Assembly (NCBI GenBank): GCA_951406725.2 | Contig: OX597817.1 | Coordinates: 73,160,001 to 73,224,000, forward strand | Length of the DNA stretch: 64,000 nucleotides | Reading direction: 5' to 3' | DNA from: Octopus vulgaris | Lineage: Eukaryota | Shown: in pieces, positions 37,993 to 50,990 of the stretch | How the letters are laid out: each line of letters starts with the position of its first letter | Numbering within the stretch: position 1 is the stretch's first letter | The notes under the pieces: model-generated | What the model saw: the letters and a program-made list of their open reading frames with translations, nothing else | Databases searched by the model: none | What the model was told of the DNA's origin: nothing | Made by a program: the position numbers and the translations under genes

Positions 37993-40900
37993 GTAAGTAT
38001 TCTTGTTCTAAATACCAAAACCCACAAATAGTCCTTAACCTGATTACACTATGTAACTTTTTTTTTTTTTTTTGTCTTTGGTCAGTAAGTGTTATTTCCA
38101 ATAATCAAAGGAAACGACTACTATTTCCTTCAAACTTTACTTTTGAGACATGGACATCAATGTTTTGAAACTGACTTGTTTTCCATTACATTTCAGACAG
38201 ATTCAGTGCTGAGTTGAAGCAGAAATATCATTATAGCAAATATTCTGCTCAATACCACAGATCTGTTTGTCAGTTGCTTGACCTTAACCACTTGAGCATG
38301 TCCCTTAGTGACTAACAAATTTGTGCATCTTTGGTGATGAGCAGGAGTAATGGGGGAGCATCATAGCTATCTGTTGGGAGGGATTCTATGGGGTTTGAAT
38401 AAATGTAACAAAAGTAAAGTTTGAAGGAAATAGCTATTTTTCATGCTTTCTAGGGGTAAACAAATAAGAAATAACAGTTGCTACTCAAGTACAAAAATCG
38501 TGTTACACAGTGTTATCAATACACACTAGTTTTCCTTGTCCCAGATATAAAAACACACCAGTTGTTTTTGTCCCTTATATCCAAGCAATTAATTGCAATA
38601 TTTTATTCCTAATTAGTTGTGTGTTCAGAATTAATTCATCTCCTCTTAGTAGGATGTCAAACTAACTTTTCAACATAACTGCTTTATTTCATTGATTCAA
38701 TATAGTTTGTTGTATGTGAAACGTGTAATGAAACCTGAGAAAATACTAATTAAACAATTAATTTACAACATTTGTATGAACATAATTTGTGAAATCATAA
38801 TTTATGGATGAAATCTTCTTTTGATCTTTCCATCTGATATTACAGGCCATGTCACTCCTAATTCAAGGTAGTTATTCTGGTAGTTGATTGAATTTTTTAG
38901 ATGATTTATTTAGAAATGATGACTTAAACTTGAATCTCAAAAATAGCAGTGAAGACTTAAAAGCAAACATTTAAAACTTAATATGATTTAAATTTTTGCT
39001 TTAAATCAATCCTATCTCTTGTTTTTTTTTTCCATTCTTTTAGTACCCTTAGAACAAAAGCACAAAGCAGGTGGCTGGTTTGGCTCACACTCTTTACCCC
39101 CACCTATCCTGACTCCATAAGATAAGCACCATCATGATACTACCTTTTGGAGCTAAATACCCACCTCTTAAATGCCATGGAGACAGCTTCGGTCCACCAC
39201 TATAAAGTTCTCTCTGCTCTTCCCTTCCATTAGAGATAATGTTATTTATGTCCATGTGTCCTCAATTTCTAGCAAGAATAACCAAAGACACCAAATAGTC
39301 AAATAGTGAAAGTAACTATATAGGAAGGTGGGTAGTCTTATATGAAAAGGGTTCTTTACTAAATGCAATCTACAGAGAATTAAAACAATGTAAAATAATA
39401 GATGATAGAAAGAGCATCATCATCTTAATTTTCCTCATCACCATCACTTTATCATCCACTTTTCCATGTTTGCATGGATCAGATGAAATTTAATGTAGAT
39501 TTTCTATAACCAGCTGCCCTTTTTGTTACCATCCCCAACTCTTTTCCCCAAAAGGTAATATTTCCCTATGGTTAGACATGTTTTCATGGAAGAATGGAAT
39601 TAAAAGACACTACTTATATGATAATGACACTTGTTTACAACTATCATACAGTGTTTAGACAAGGAGGTACAAACACACACATACGTACACACATGTGCAC
39701 ATTCTGTAGGTGCATATTGGATTTAAATTGGAAATAGACTATGATAGGTTTTGAACAAAGACAAATCCAAATTTTCCAGAGTAACATCCACCCTTCCTGT
39801 TCCTCTTCCTCCAGAACCCACCCTGACACATCACAGCTATCTTAATTTCCCTTTCCAGCTCCACACATTCATTACTGCTACCCACTCTTGTAAAATGTGA
39901 GCAGCTATATCACTTCTCCACAGCAAACAACCTGTTCTAGCCTCTTCTTTCTTATTCTTTCATCACCTCATGTAAATTTGGCTTCATTTCTTCTGTAGCC
40001 TCATTCAATTGAAAAGATATCTTAAGGTACATGTGCTACTACTAGTGCAATGAAAAAGAACCCAGTAAACTCTGTTAAAATGGTTTGTTTTAGCAAAGAC
40101 ATCCAACCACAGAAATAATGCCAAAGCAGACAGAGCATGATGCAGTCTTCCAACCCTTTGGATTCCATCAAACCATCAATCCATGCCAGCATAGAAGATG
40201 AGCATTAAAAGATGATGATGATAACACATATCTGACAGACTTTCAGTTTCCATCTCCCCAAATTTATTTACAAGGCTTTGGTTGAACTGAGGCCATAATA
40301 GAAGACACTTGCCCAAGGTGTCATACAGTGAGACTGAACCTGAAACCACATGGTTATGAAGCAAATTTTTTAACCACACAAGTCATACCAGCTCTAAAAA
40401 TGATATTTTAAAGGAAAGAATGACCAGAGGCAATGTAGGTAGAGATACTCTTTAATTTTGTCAGTGATGATCTCTCCAGTGCTGGTGGCATGATAAAATG
40501 CACCTAGTTCACACAGTAAGGTGCTTTCCAGCTGTAAAAACTCTGCTATAAATAACATGATATTGACAGCAACAAAATAAGCAGAATGAGTACATTGTGT
40601 CTCTTTAGTTATGTTTCATAAGAGGCAACTAAAATGTTGACAGCAGGATTGTATTTGGCTGTAAAACATCTGCCCTGAAAATCTTTCCATACCATCTCAT
40701 GCCAAGAGTGAAAAGCCAAAATAAAACCTCTAAAGGATATGATCTAATTCTCGAGTCATATATAGATGGTTTGATGTTCAGAAAGAGTTACTGAAGTAAT
40801 GTAATCTTTTTGGCTTGGAGGAAACTGACAGTTTATTTCTGCCACAATCAGTCGCATTGATTAAGGAATTGTGAAAATTTCAGTGGTATGCTCAAGAATC

Positions 40901-43726
40901 ACATCAAGATCAGAATTTTTGCTAGTAATAGCTTCAGTTACTAAAATTGCTTTGTAAATCATAATCTAGGTGCAGTTGTTTTGTATATTGCTTGTTATTT
41001 TTAGTGTTCTGTCCTGATCAAACATGGTCAAGCAACACAAACCCATGATGAGAAAGTTCTAACCGTCTCAAAATATTTTCATTTGTTTATTTATGATGTC
41101 CAATGTCTCTTTTAAATGGTAACTTGTGTTTTGAAGGAAATTGCTTGCTATTTTTAGCAAGTCAAGTAACCATAAAGAGGCTCCCTCACTGGCTTTTGCT
41201 GATTTTTCTTTTATCCTTTTTTCTGGGTTTTTTTTTTTTCAGCAATAATAATGGTAGGCAAAAAAATCAATCAACTTTGAAAACTAAACTAAAAGTGACC
41301 TTGATTGTTAATGAGGTGTAATCATAAGGAACTGCACTTTTATTAACAGTTATTAAACAATCTCAAACAATCAAAGGGAACTTGTTTCCTCACTCACCTG
41401 GCACTTAAAACACCTGACACAGTTTCTTAGTGATGCCAGGTGCAGTTGCCTTACTTTATGTAGTTTTCAATGAATTGATTTCATGTTACATTTACTGTTT
41501 AAATACTAGTTATATTGTAGTTATACAATTTCCCTGTAAGCAGAATATATTGAAAGTATTGAAAGGGCCCAAATTTTCCATGGCTTTGATATACTAGATT
41601 TGTTTATAGATTTTTTTTTGTCTGAGTTGAGTTTATAATTTTGCTTAGTATAAAGAGTATTAATCTATTAATAGTAATAATCTTATTCACTAAGCCACCA
41701 ACACATGTGTATACATCAGTAGCCTAGAGGAAAAGAATATTGTTATTCTTGGGAATATAAGTTCCGAGTTTAACTCAAATCTGGTACCATGTACACATCA
41801 GAGAATAAAGCATCTAATGATGATAGTGATGTCTGGAAATTGGTACGTAGTGGAGTAAGAAATAAGTCTTAATTTTCTGAAAACTTTTTTCTTTTTCTTT
41901 TTCTTTTCTTTCTTTCTTTTTTTCTTCATCTTCAAAATCTAGCTTCATTTTGGGTGGTCCAGTATCTCAAATTTAGTCATGTCTTTTTTTCTTAATCATG
42001 CTTAGTCTTGTCTCATGGTTTAATAATACTTCCTTGACCTTGTGTTCCTTCAGTCCCTCTGTTGGAAGCGCAAAGACCAGGTCTCCAGTTTGGGCTTAAC
42101 TCAGTTTCTTGATGCATTTACTTTATTATCAACTAATGACTCGTGTTTTCTTCCTGTTTCCCTCCCATCAGTCTTGGAAGCCTTATAAGAGTTATTGATG
42201 CTGGCTTTCTTTTTCTGACTAAGCAATTACTTTTAAACAAAGCTTTGTTTCATGAAATCTGTCTGGATTTCATGAAACCTAAAAGTACTTGTAATATACA
42301 TTTGTCATTTATAATCAACTCTATCCTTTTCCAGTATTTCTGGCCTTGTCCTCAAAGTAAAAATTCTCAATAACTAGTGATATATGTTTATGTATTATAT
42401 CACTATAACAACCAGACTATTGGATGTTAATATACACTTCTGATCACAAAGTTCTACCTTACATTGTTTTAGCTTTTGAATGATGCCACCCTGCTGGCCA
42501 AGTAGGAGGGCTAACTTTCCTCTGAATGAGATGCCAGTTTGGCATACGGTTAAATATTTACAGCTGAATGGGCTGGAGCAATGTGAAATGAAGTGTTTTG
42601 TTCAAGAACACAATACAGTATTAGTGATTTTGATTCCTTGTTTGTGAATCAAAATCACAATCTTATGATAGTGAGCACAACAACCTAACCAATAGGTTAG
42701 GATGTTGCTCTCACATATATGTGAACAGCAAACATTATTCAGTGTTAGCATTTCTCATAAGTTGCTTTTGCAAGGGTTCCTTACAACTGATTAGATGCAC
42801 TTCTCCAATTTTTAGTGGCAAGGAAATGGAGGAAATAATACTTATTTTTATTGTTTCACTTTGGTTGTAATGAATATAGGGTAGAATGTCTTGGAGACTG
42901 CTTGGGATTGGGAGATATTTGAAGGCTACTGTATTATCAATAGCTACAGTTTTGTTATCACATCATCCACTTAACACTTGTTATTGTTGGTTAGCTCCAG
43001 GTCAACCTTAATCAGGTAGACTTACGATCATAGATGTTTTTCATCTTTTCACAGACAAAATGTGTCAAAGACTACATTTATGTGCCCTTTCTTGTTTTTA
43101 AGACTAGGTTGTAAGGGGTTTTGGTTGCTGTTCCAACAAGTCAAGCAACTGCATAGAGGCTCTCTTGGTGGTGGTAGTTGCTGGGCTTTTTTTTCCCTTT
43201 TCAATGTTTGTATTTTTCATACTGACATCAGTTTTATGACATGTTACCACATCTCTCAGTTTGTATCATCTCATTTGCAAAATTCAGCATCTTGAGATCC
43301 AACCTCACTCCAACTACTTCTTGGTTCTTATTTAACAACCTGAGAAATTATATGGCATCCAGTTTATTAATTTATTTTAAATTTTTACTCCAAGGTTAGC
43401 CTGGATTGAGCAGACATTTTAACAAAGGCACTCCAACCACGACTATATTCTCTTCTTTTCTCGTCAGTCAATAGGAGTACGTTAAGCACCCTGTCCTTTG
43501 CTTTTTAGGACATTAAGCAAGATTTGACTGCTACTTCTAACAGATTGAACAACCACACAGGTTCCCTCAGTTTATTTTCTTTCCTTATCCCCCACTGCAT
43601 TGTATACATAGTCATTCTTATACATAGTGTAATTTGCATGCCTCATCTATCATTCACACTCAAAATTCCATTTTTTTCAACAGATCTAGTCATTCAATTA
43701 TAATGTGTTCTACATACACTTGTATC

Positions 43727-43900
43727 TTTAACCCTTTTGCCTGAGATTGCTCTTGGTTCTATGATATAAACAGCAACCAAAACCCCTAACATGTTAATTT
43801 ATGTTTCAAACACCAAATTCATAATGACAAAGTTGTTTTACTAAATTCTTAACTGGAACAAAAACATTATGTTTCAACAGAAAAGTGGTAGCAAAAGGGT
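43727..43900 (+). mobile_element. Second TTAA-type MITE family
   Basis: TTAAcccttttgc ... ggtagcaaaagggt; related copy at about 6058-6230. Confidence 0.6.
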
Positions 43901-44987
43901 ATCCCTCAAGTAAAATCAGCATGTCAGTATCTTTGAACTGTTCAATCAACTGAACTTCCACAGTTTTAAACTAAGTAGGCTTGAGTTAACCCAGGCAGCC
44001 TTCTCAACTATTTGGCTATATATGTGCTCATTTCTTTTACTCTTCCACACAGACCTACCATTTCTTTTTTCTTTACCATATCTTTTTGTCGGTCTAATAT
44101 TTTATGTTCAAAATCTACATTGTTTTAGATTCTGTGCCTGGCTATGTTTGCAGTATTATATTTTTCTGTTATGTATCTATCCTCTGTGAATAAATGCTGT
44201 TTTTGCTTGTGCTTCTCCTGTCTACTGTTTCATCATTACTATTCTACTTCTCAGCACTATCAGTCATCACCTACTCCACACACATGCATACACTATTGCA
44301 CTCTGGCTCCACCTAATCGCTGTTACCCTCTCTTCTCAAATGTAAGACATGTAGCTCCTGTACAACAAGAAACCTGTTCTGCTCTGGCCTCTGGCCCCTT
44401 CTCCCACATTTACTCCTGCCTTTTATCCCTTACTTTCTAGCATAAAGTTACCCCCTCAGGATTCATAGCCTTGCTAGTGCTGGCAGCTTGGGAAAAGCAC
44501 CTAGTACATGCTGGAAAGTGGTTAGCATTAAGAAGGGCATCCAGCTGTAGAAACCATGCCAAGCAGACACTGGAGCTCCATCCAGCATGCCAACCTGGAA
44601 CACGGATGTTAAAATGATGAGGATGATATATAAATCTGTCTTTCTCTGTATAAATACAATACATATATAAGCATATTTGATTATGTTTATGTATGTGTGT
44701 ATGTATATATGTGTATTATCTTGCAAATAGGCTATTTGTTTCAGCTCTTCAGCATCTTCAAAGATAACACTGGAGATGTCAAATGGTTGAACCAAATGGC
44801 CTATTTCTAAGATAACCACGAATAAATTCAACATTATCTGTGTGTTAAAAGTATTCATTTGTTTGTTTTTTTTAAATTGTGTGTTCATTTATCAAACAAT
44901 ACAGATTTATCTTATGGACACGTTTTTTCTTTTTCTTTTTTTTTTTGCATATATTTACTTAATATTGTTTCCACTTTTTTCTTGCAG

Positions 44988-45135
44988 ATTCCCTGATTGC
45001 TGGGTGCCAGAGTCACAGGTGCAAGAAGTGCACAAACGTGTCATTCCACTGACAAGCTTACCTCAGGATAGTGCAGCAGCTCTGCATTCCTCATTCTATC
45101 GTCGGCACCGCTATCGCAAACATCGCAGAAAATAA
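44988..45135 (+). CDS. AEBP2: AEBP2/jing terminal coding exon
   Basis: ttttcttgcag acceptor; AT+A completes Ile, then FPDCWVPESQVQEVHKRVIPLTSLPQDSAAALHSSFYRRHRYRKHRRK-TAA, comparable to human [47 protein letters not shown]. It is the tail of track ORF 44842..45135. Confidence 0.94.
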
Positions 45136-47270
45136 TCAGTCAACTATGGTTTTAAAACCCTCACTCAACCATCCCCCCTTGTTATATTTCTACAGCAGTC
45201 CTAACTTACCTCCACCCTCTACCTCTCCTATCTTTCTCTTTCTATGTGTGTGTATGTCTGTCTCTCCATACAGACCTCTCTCTGCTCCTCTGTACTAACT
45301 TCTCCTTTTCTTCCCCACCCACCCCTTTCTATACTGACCCCCCCCCCCCTTTACTAACCTCTCCTCCCCCTTCATTGCCATTCTGACCTTTCTGCCCTCT
45401 CCATACTGATCTCTCTCTCTTTCTACCTCTCTTCTCTACTGTCTCTTGCTTTTCCTATTCTAACCTTCCTCCTAATACTAACCCCTATGTCTCTCTCCAC
45501 ACTAACCTTTCTTTCTTCAGTACTCTTTTCTGGTCTCTCTTTAAGGTGACCTTTTTCTTTCTTATATCCCTGTTACTCTCATTCATTTCTTTCTCTCCAT
45601 TTCTAAGTATCTACAAATAACTTCCAACTGAAGAGAGAACCCATCCTTTCCCATGCCACCCTTCCCCTGGATCCTGTGGAAATATAAATATACAATTCTG
45701 TAAGTCTGACTGTCTGACACATGTTCTTTGTAAGGATAACCAACAACAGTCAGTGAAGACAAAGGAAGAGTTTCTTTCAAAAAAAACTTCTTCCTGTCCC
45801 ATTCCTTCAAACAAGAAAACAGAAATGAATGAAAGAAGTTAAACCAAAAAAAAAAAAAGAAAAAAGAAAGAAAAAGAGAGAGAGAGAAAGAGAGAAAATG
45901 TTTAATGATAAACAAAAAGTTGTGTTGGAATTTGTTGGCATAATTAAAACAAAACAAAACAAAAAAATGCATACAATTTAATTAATCTACCAGGTGACAA
46001 AGCCTTAATAATAATAATAATAATCAATTTGAGCCATCCAATCCAATCCCTAATGTGCCTCTATCCTTCGCAGGTGCGAATATGGTAGTGGGAGGGGAAC
46101 GGGGGAACGAGAACTTAAATAATTTAACAGACTTTACACCTGTTCTCATGAAATGATTCTTGCGCATCACACAATTACAAAAAAAAAAAGTAAAATATTT
46201 TTATAAGAGCTCCCCATGAAAAAAAAATAAAAACAGAAACATTTAAAAAAGGGGTGAGATTTTAAAAGGGAAAAAAAGAAATGAAAAAAAACAAACAAGG
46301 AATAATATTGATTTTTACATTTCCTTTTTTTTTTAGGCTAAGAGGTCATTAGCCATTAAAATTTTTTTTTAATTTATTTTTTTCTTTTGTATCTTTATTT
46401 TAATTTTTATTTTGGCAACAAGGTTGATGATCATTGCCTGGACTGCAATTCTTAATTTCAGCTCTTTTATGAGGTCAGGTAGGGTAGGGAAAGGGCTGAA
46501 AAGAACTTTCTGTTTCGGACACATATATATATATATTAAAAAAAAAAAAAAAGAAAATTGGGGTATGAATGAATTAACAGTATCAATCAAATTCCATCTG
46601 ATTTTTTAATAATTTTTTTGGTATCATTTTTTTTAAAAAACAAAAAAAAAAAAGCAAAGAAAAATGATAAGCACATTTTCTTCTTAAATAGATATTAAAA
46701 AAAATAAAATAAGTTTCAAGGCAAAATGAGGATAAGTTAGTGTAAAATTCATTCACTAAATATCCCAACCGAATTTTTGTATGTTTCTTTCTTTCTTTTT
46801 TTTTTTATATACCCTTTTTTTCTATTTTGGAGTGCCTGAAACTTCCAGTGTTGTAATTTCAGGAAAGGGGTGGGGTTGGGGCACAAAATGGTGTCTGTCA
46901 CATTTGGATGTTAGTATTAGCCTCTGTATGACCTGTCATTCAACATTAATATCATTTTTTTTTAAACAAAAATATTAATAATAATAATGATAATAATAAT
47001 AATTAATAATAATAAAAACACATCCCAAACAAAATACAGCTGTTTTTAAAAATAAACAGCTTGTGCAAAAAATAACCACTTTTTCTTCATTTTGTTCTTT
47101 GTGTAACTTTTGAGAATGTCTCAGTAATTTTTTTTTGTTATATTTATTTAAACCATATTAGTTTTATTTCCTTTTTCACTCTCTCTCCCCTGTAATTAAA
47201 AAAAAATTTAATTCATGTTTTCAAAAAGAAAAAAATTCTTCATTACATCAATGCAAGAACATTTGAAAAG
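45136..47270 (+). other. AEBP2: Probable proximal 3' UTR of AEBP2
   Basis: About 2.1 kb free of recognisable SINEs directly after the stop codon, rich in A/U runs, with AATAAA hexamers at about 46206, 46703, 47011 and 47051. The true 3' end cannot be determined from sequence alone. Confidence 0.6.
45200..45520 (+). promoter_or_regulatory. Array of TACTAAC/CTRAC motifs in a pyrimidine tract (start of 3' UTR)
   Basis: cctaac 45200, tactaac 45293, tactgac 45332, tactaac 45352, ttctgac 45381, tactgat 45404, ttctaac 45458, tactaac 45476, cactaac 45500, ending in ctttctttcttcAG at 45520. The motifs are certain; their function is inferred. Confidence 0.55.
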
Positions 47271-47321
47271 TATTTTCACTGCCAAAACCAGCCTCACAGT
47301 CTTTGCGTTTAAGATCTAAGC

Positions 47322-47561
47322 CACTGTTTCTCAACCTTTTTTTGACCTATGCTCCACTTCAATTTCCCCTCAGAAACAATATGTCCCATCATGAACAAAA
47401 ATAGTATGATGCATATAAAGAAGTTTTAATTAAAACGTTGTTGTAGGTTTTATTCACCTGTTAATTTACTTATGCACTATTTCTGAAGTGACTCATGGCC
47501 CATCAAAATATTACCACCACCCCGTACTGGCAGGGCATGCACCCCTTCTTGAGAAACAGTA
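47322..47561. mobile_element. hAT MITE with perfect 8-bp TSD
   Basis: TIR cactgtttctcaa ... ttgagaaacagta; ATCTAAGC at 47314-47321 and 47562-47569. Confidence 0.9.
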
Positions 47562-50500
47562 ATCTAAGCCTTAGCTTTCTACTCTATAGTTTTAGCTTGA
47601 TGCATCGCCAACAGTTTCTGAGATGAGCATGCTAGTTGTTCAGTCAGTTGGACTACCTACTCATTGTAAGTGGCTGAGTAATCCACAGACACTAGCACCC
47701 TTAATGTAATTTTCCAGTATTATCAATGTAATACAATGTATGACAGGTAAAACTGGCTCTTAAAATTACAGCCTCTGGTCATGCGAGAGGCATCCATACA
47801 GTTGCCATCTACTCAATTTCATTCAAAGTTTGGGTCAGGCCAAGGCTATTTCAGAAGACACTCACCAAAGATGACATGTAGAGAGATTGAATTTGGGCCA
47901 TCCTCATTGCGAAATGAAGCAGGATCTGAAGTACAGTAGACAAAATCCTTTATAGTATTTAGTTATGCCCCTTTAGTTTTTGAATTCAGATCCCTATGTA
48001 GATAGAACTTTCTCTTTCTATGAAGTACCAATATACTGCTGGGGTCAGTTTAATTGACTACACCCCTACCCCCAAATCAGTATCCTTCTGCCTCTATTAG
48101 AGATTATCATTATCATTGTTATTATTAAAACAGATTGTCAATAACAGAATCAGTAAAGCACCAAACAGAAATGCCTTACAATCCAAATTCATATTTGGCC
48201 TAGATCAACTTTGCCTTTTATCCCTCCTAGGCCAATAAAATAATTACCAGGGGAAGCGGGTATAAATCAGCTATACTCCTCCCTCAAAATTTGTGACTTT
48301 TGTACCTGTATTAGAAATAATTTTTTCCTCTTTCAGACCATACATCAAGCTTTCCATTTTTTTACACCTCTCTTAGTTTTCTTGCTCTTGCATTCAGTTT
48401 TATACACACAAAAAATTACACACAGCACTGTATATATACATTCATATATCTAATGTATATATATATAATGTGTGTTTCCATAAAAACAAAATATACAAAA
48501 TTTGAACATTCAGTTTGATATATTTAAAACAATGTTTTCATTCAGCCATGAAGACCTAATTTATAATTTAATTTTAAATCATTGAAACACAGGAATGAAC
48601 TCACTAACACACTTCAGTTAATATCCATAACTTCTTAATTATTTACTCTTCTGTATCCATGATATGGGCACAAACAAATTAGGGGGCCAAGAAACAAGAA
48701 AACTGAATGGGTAATAAACAAGGCTATTCACTCATGGTTTATGAGTTCAAATCTTCTGTCTGTGTCAAAGCAGTTGTCTCGCATTACATCTCTGCAATTA
48801 AATGTAAGGAATATTACAGATTACTTGGAAATATTTGCCAGCATTAGACTGACATCCTCTTCAGTGCATGTCAAAGTAAGGCTGAATGATTAGTTCTTAA
48901 AGGTCCCTGAAAGTCTTAGTCTTGTTCTTTCCTTTCCTTTTACATTGTGTAGTGGCAGTCAATGTTTTTCTGTCGGAACAACACGGACCATCTAGTCATC
49001 CTGAAGAATGGTTGATGACTTGCATGGTGACTTTTTTTTAAGTGAAGAAGGATTGCACACTATCAACTTCATTCTCATGTGACCATTTTCAATCCGGTGG
49101 CAAGACTAGGTCAAGCTGACTGGGGATGGAGACAGATGCAGTGGATGCCAAGATGTCTTACTAACCTCATCTTGCTCTCTACATTCACAATGTGTGTTGC
49201 TGCAACCACCTTCCCTCCATTGAACCAGATCCAGTCTTCACATGCATTGGTAGACAAGTCATGATATACTAATTAACCCATAGGCGGGACCCTGACAGGT
49301 GCTACTGCTCCATGTCAGAATAGACCTGGAAACAATAGTGACCAAAAGGTGGTTCTGCATTCCTCAAAACCCTGGAACTTGCAAATCAGTTTACTGGATG
49401 CAGTTTAATCATACCCAGGACATATAGTGGTAGTAAGCCCTCATTGATCACTTTCTGGGACATAGGTTCAATTCCTGCTTGAGACATTTCTTTACAGACT
49501 CTTCTCCTCTTTACACTTAAAAAGTTCTGTCTTTGGTTATTGTGAGTATAGGCATGGCTATATGGTTCAAAACTCATAATTATATTATTTCAGTTGCAAT
49601 CCAAGTAACACTTTGAGCAAATGACCCCCTCCCATAGCCTTGGGTAAACCATAGCCTATTACCTGGAAAATGTGTCAACAACCATCAGAGGAGTTGTATC
49701 TGTTTTAGATTGGTTTAACACCATTATTTGGGCTTTGGGTACCTTTAGCAAAGTTCAGTCTGTTACAAACATTTCTTCCTTTTCTCTTCCAACTGCTCAT
49801 AATAAATTATCTGAAGAAAGTTGAATTCCCCCACTTTAAACACACCATGTGCAAAATAAAAGAGGTTAGTGGGAACTTTTACATCCTATTTCTTATCACA
49901 TTTTTTTTTGCTACACTATAGGTTTATTTCTTGCTAAACAGTGAATCAATAAGATTGCAATTTTTTGGATTATTAATCTCATCTCTAGAGATTGAAAGTT
50001 TTTTTTTAATCTTTTCTACATTTCAATCAGTTTGATCTCCAATCATTATCAGGTGTCTTATTTCTGGATGTGTACACAGTACCAGACTAGGCACAGACTA
50101 GGAACTTTTATTTCTAAACCACTAGGCCACCAAAATTAATAGTCCACAAAATTATAATCTTATTAACAACTCATTTTAGACATCTTAAAATAATCAGTTT
50201 TGCTAATTAGCTTTTTTTAAAATAATCTGAGGAGAGGTTATAGTGACATTGTAATTAACTTTTTTTCTTTTATCTTGGACATTCTCATCTTATGCTTTTT
50301 TAAATTTTTGATTTTTTTTTTTTCAATATCATAATCATAATTTTTGGGACATTGACTTACATTAATTCTCATCATAATAATTTTATTTATTTTTCACTGC
50401 ATTGTGTGGATGCAAAAAAAAAACAAAACACAAGAGAAAATGCGAGGGGTTAGTGTTTGTATGTGGGTATGTCTGCACGTATGTTTGCCTTACATTAAAA

Positions 50501-50945
50501 TAATTCTTCTCATCAAGGAGTTACATCTCTTAACGAGGGTTTAGCTCTTGTTGCAACAGCAGCTACTACTAATAATAATTATAATTATAATATTGTATCA
50601 TTGTATTCATAGACAAGAAAGAACAAAAGCAAAAAACGTCAACTATTTTCTTCAGCATTACACTGCCTATTCTTTGGAGTGTTTCAGGCATTTTCTACAA
50701 GACCTCTCAACTTGAGTTTAACAAGTTTTGTAGAGTGTACATCCAAAAGTGATTTTCCTTTTTTTTCCAATTTATTTTTAATTACTATTTATTTTTTATT
50801 TCATTTTATTCTATTTTATTTTATTTATTTATATTTAAAAACAAAAAAGGATAATTCTTATAAAGTCAGCTATTGAGTGCATGTGAAATGTTGCTTTTAT
50901 TAATTACAAAGAGGTTGTGATTCATTGGCAGTATTTCTCTGTATC

Positions 50946-50990
50946 AATAAAGAAGACTAGAAAGATATCTACATTTTTCTATCTTTCTCT
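50946..50990 (+). terminator. Candidate distal polyadenylation site
   Basis: AATAAA at 50946-50951, a CA about 20 nt later, then a U/C-rich tract. It closes a repeat-poor, UTR-like block (about 49750-50950). Confidence 0.4.

Noticed and set aside
45583-45972. 129-aa Phe-rich minus-strand ORF
   Set aside because: It is the antisense reading of A-rich 3' UTR sequence.
46067-46080. Small GC hairpin ttcgca-gg-tgcgaa in the 3' UTR
   Set aside because: Too short to distinguish from chance and matches no element I know.
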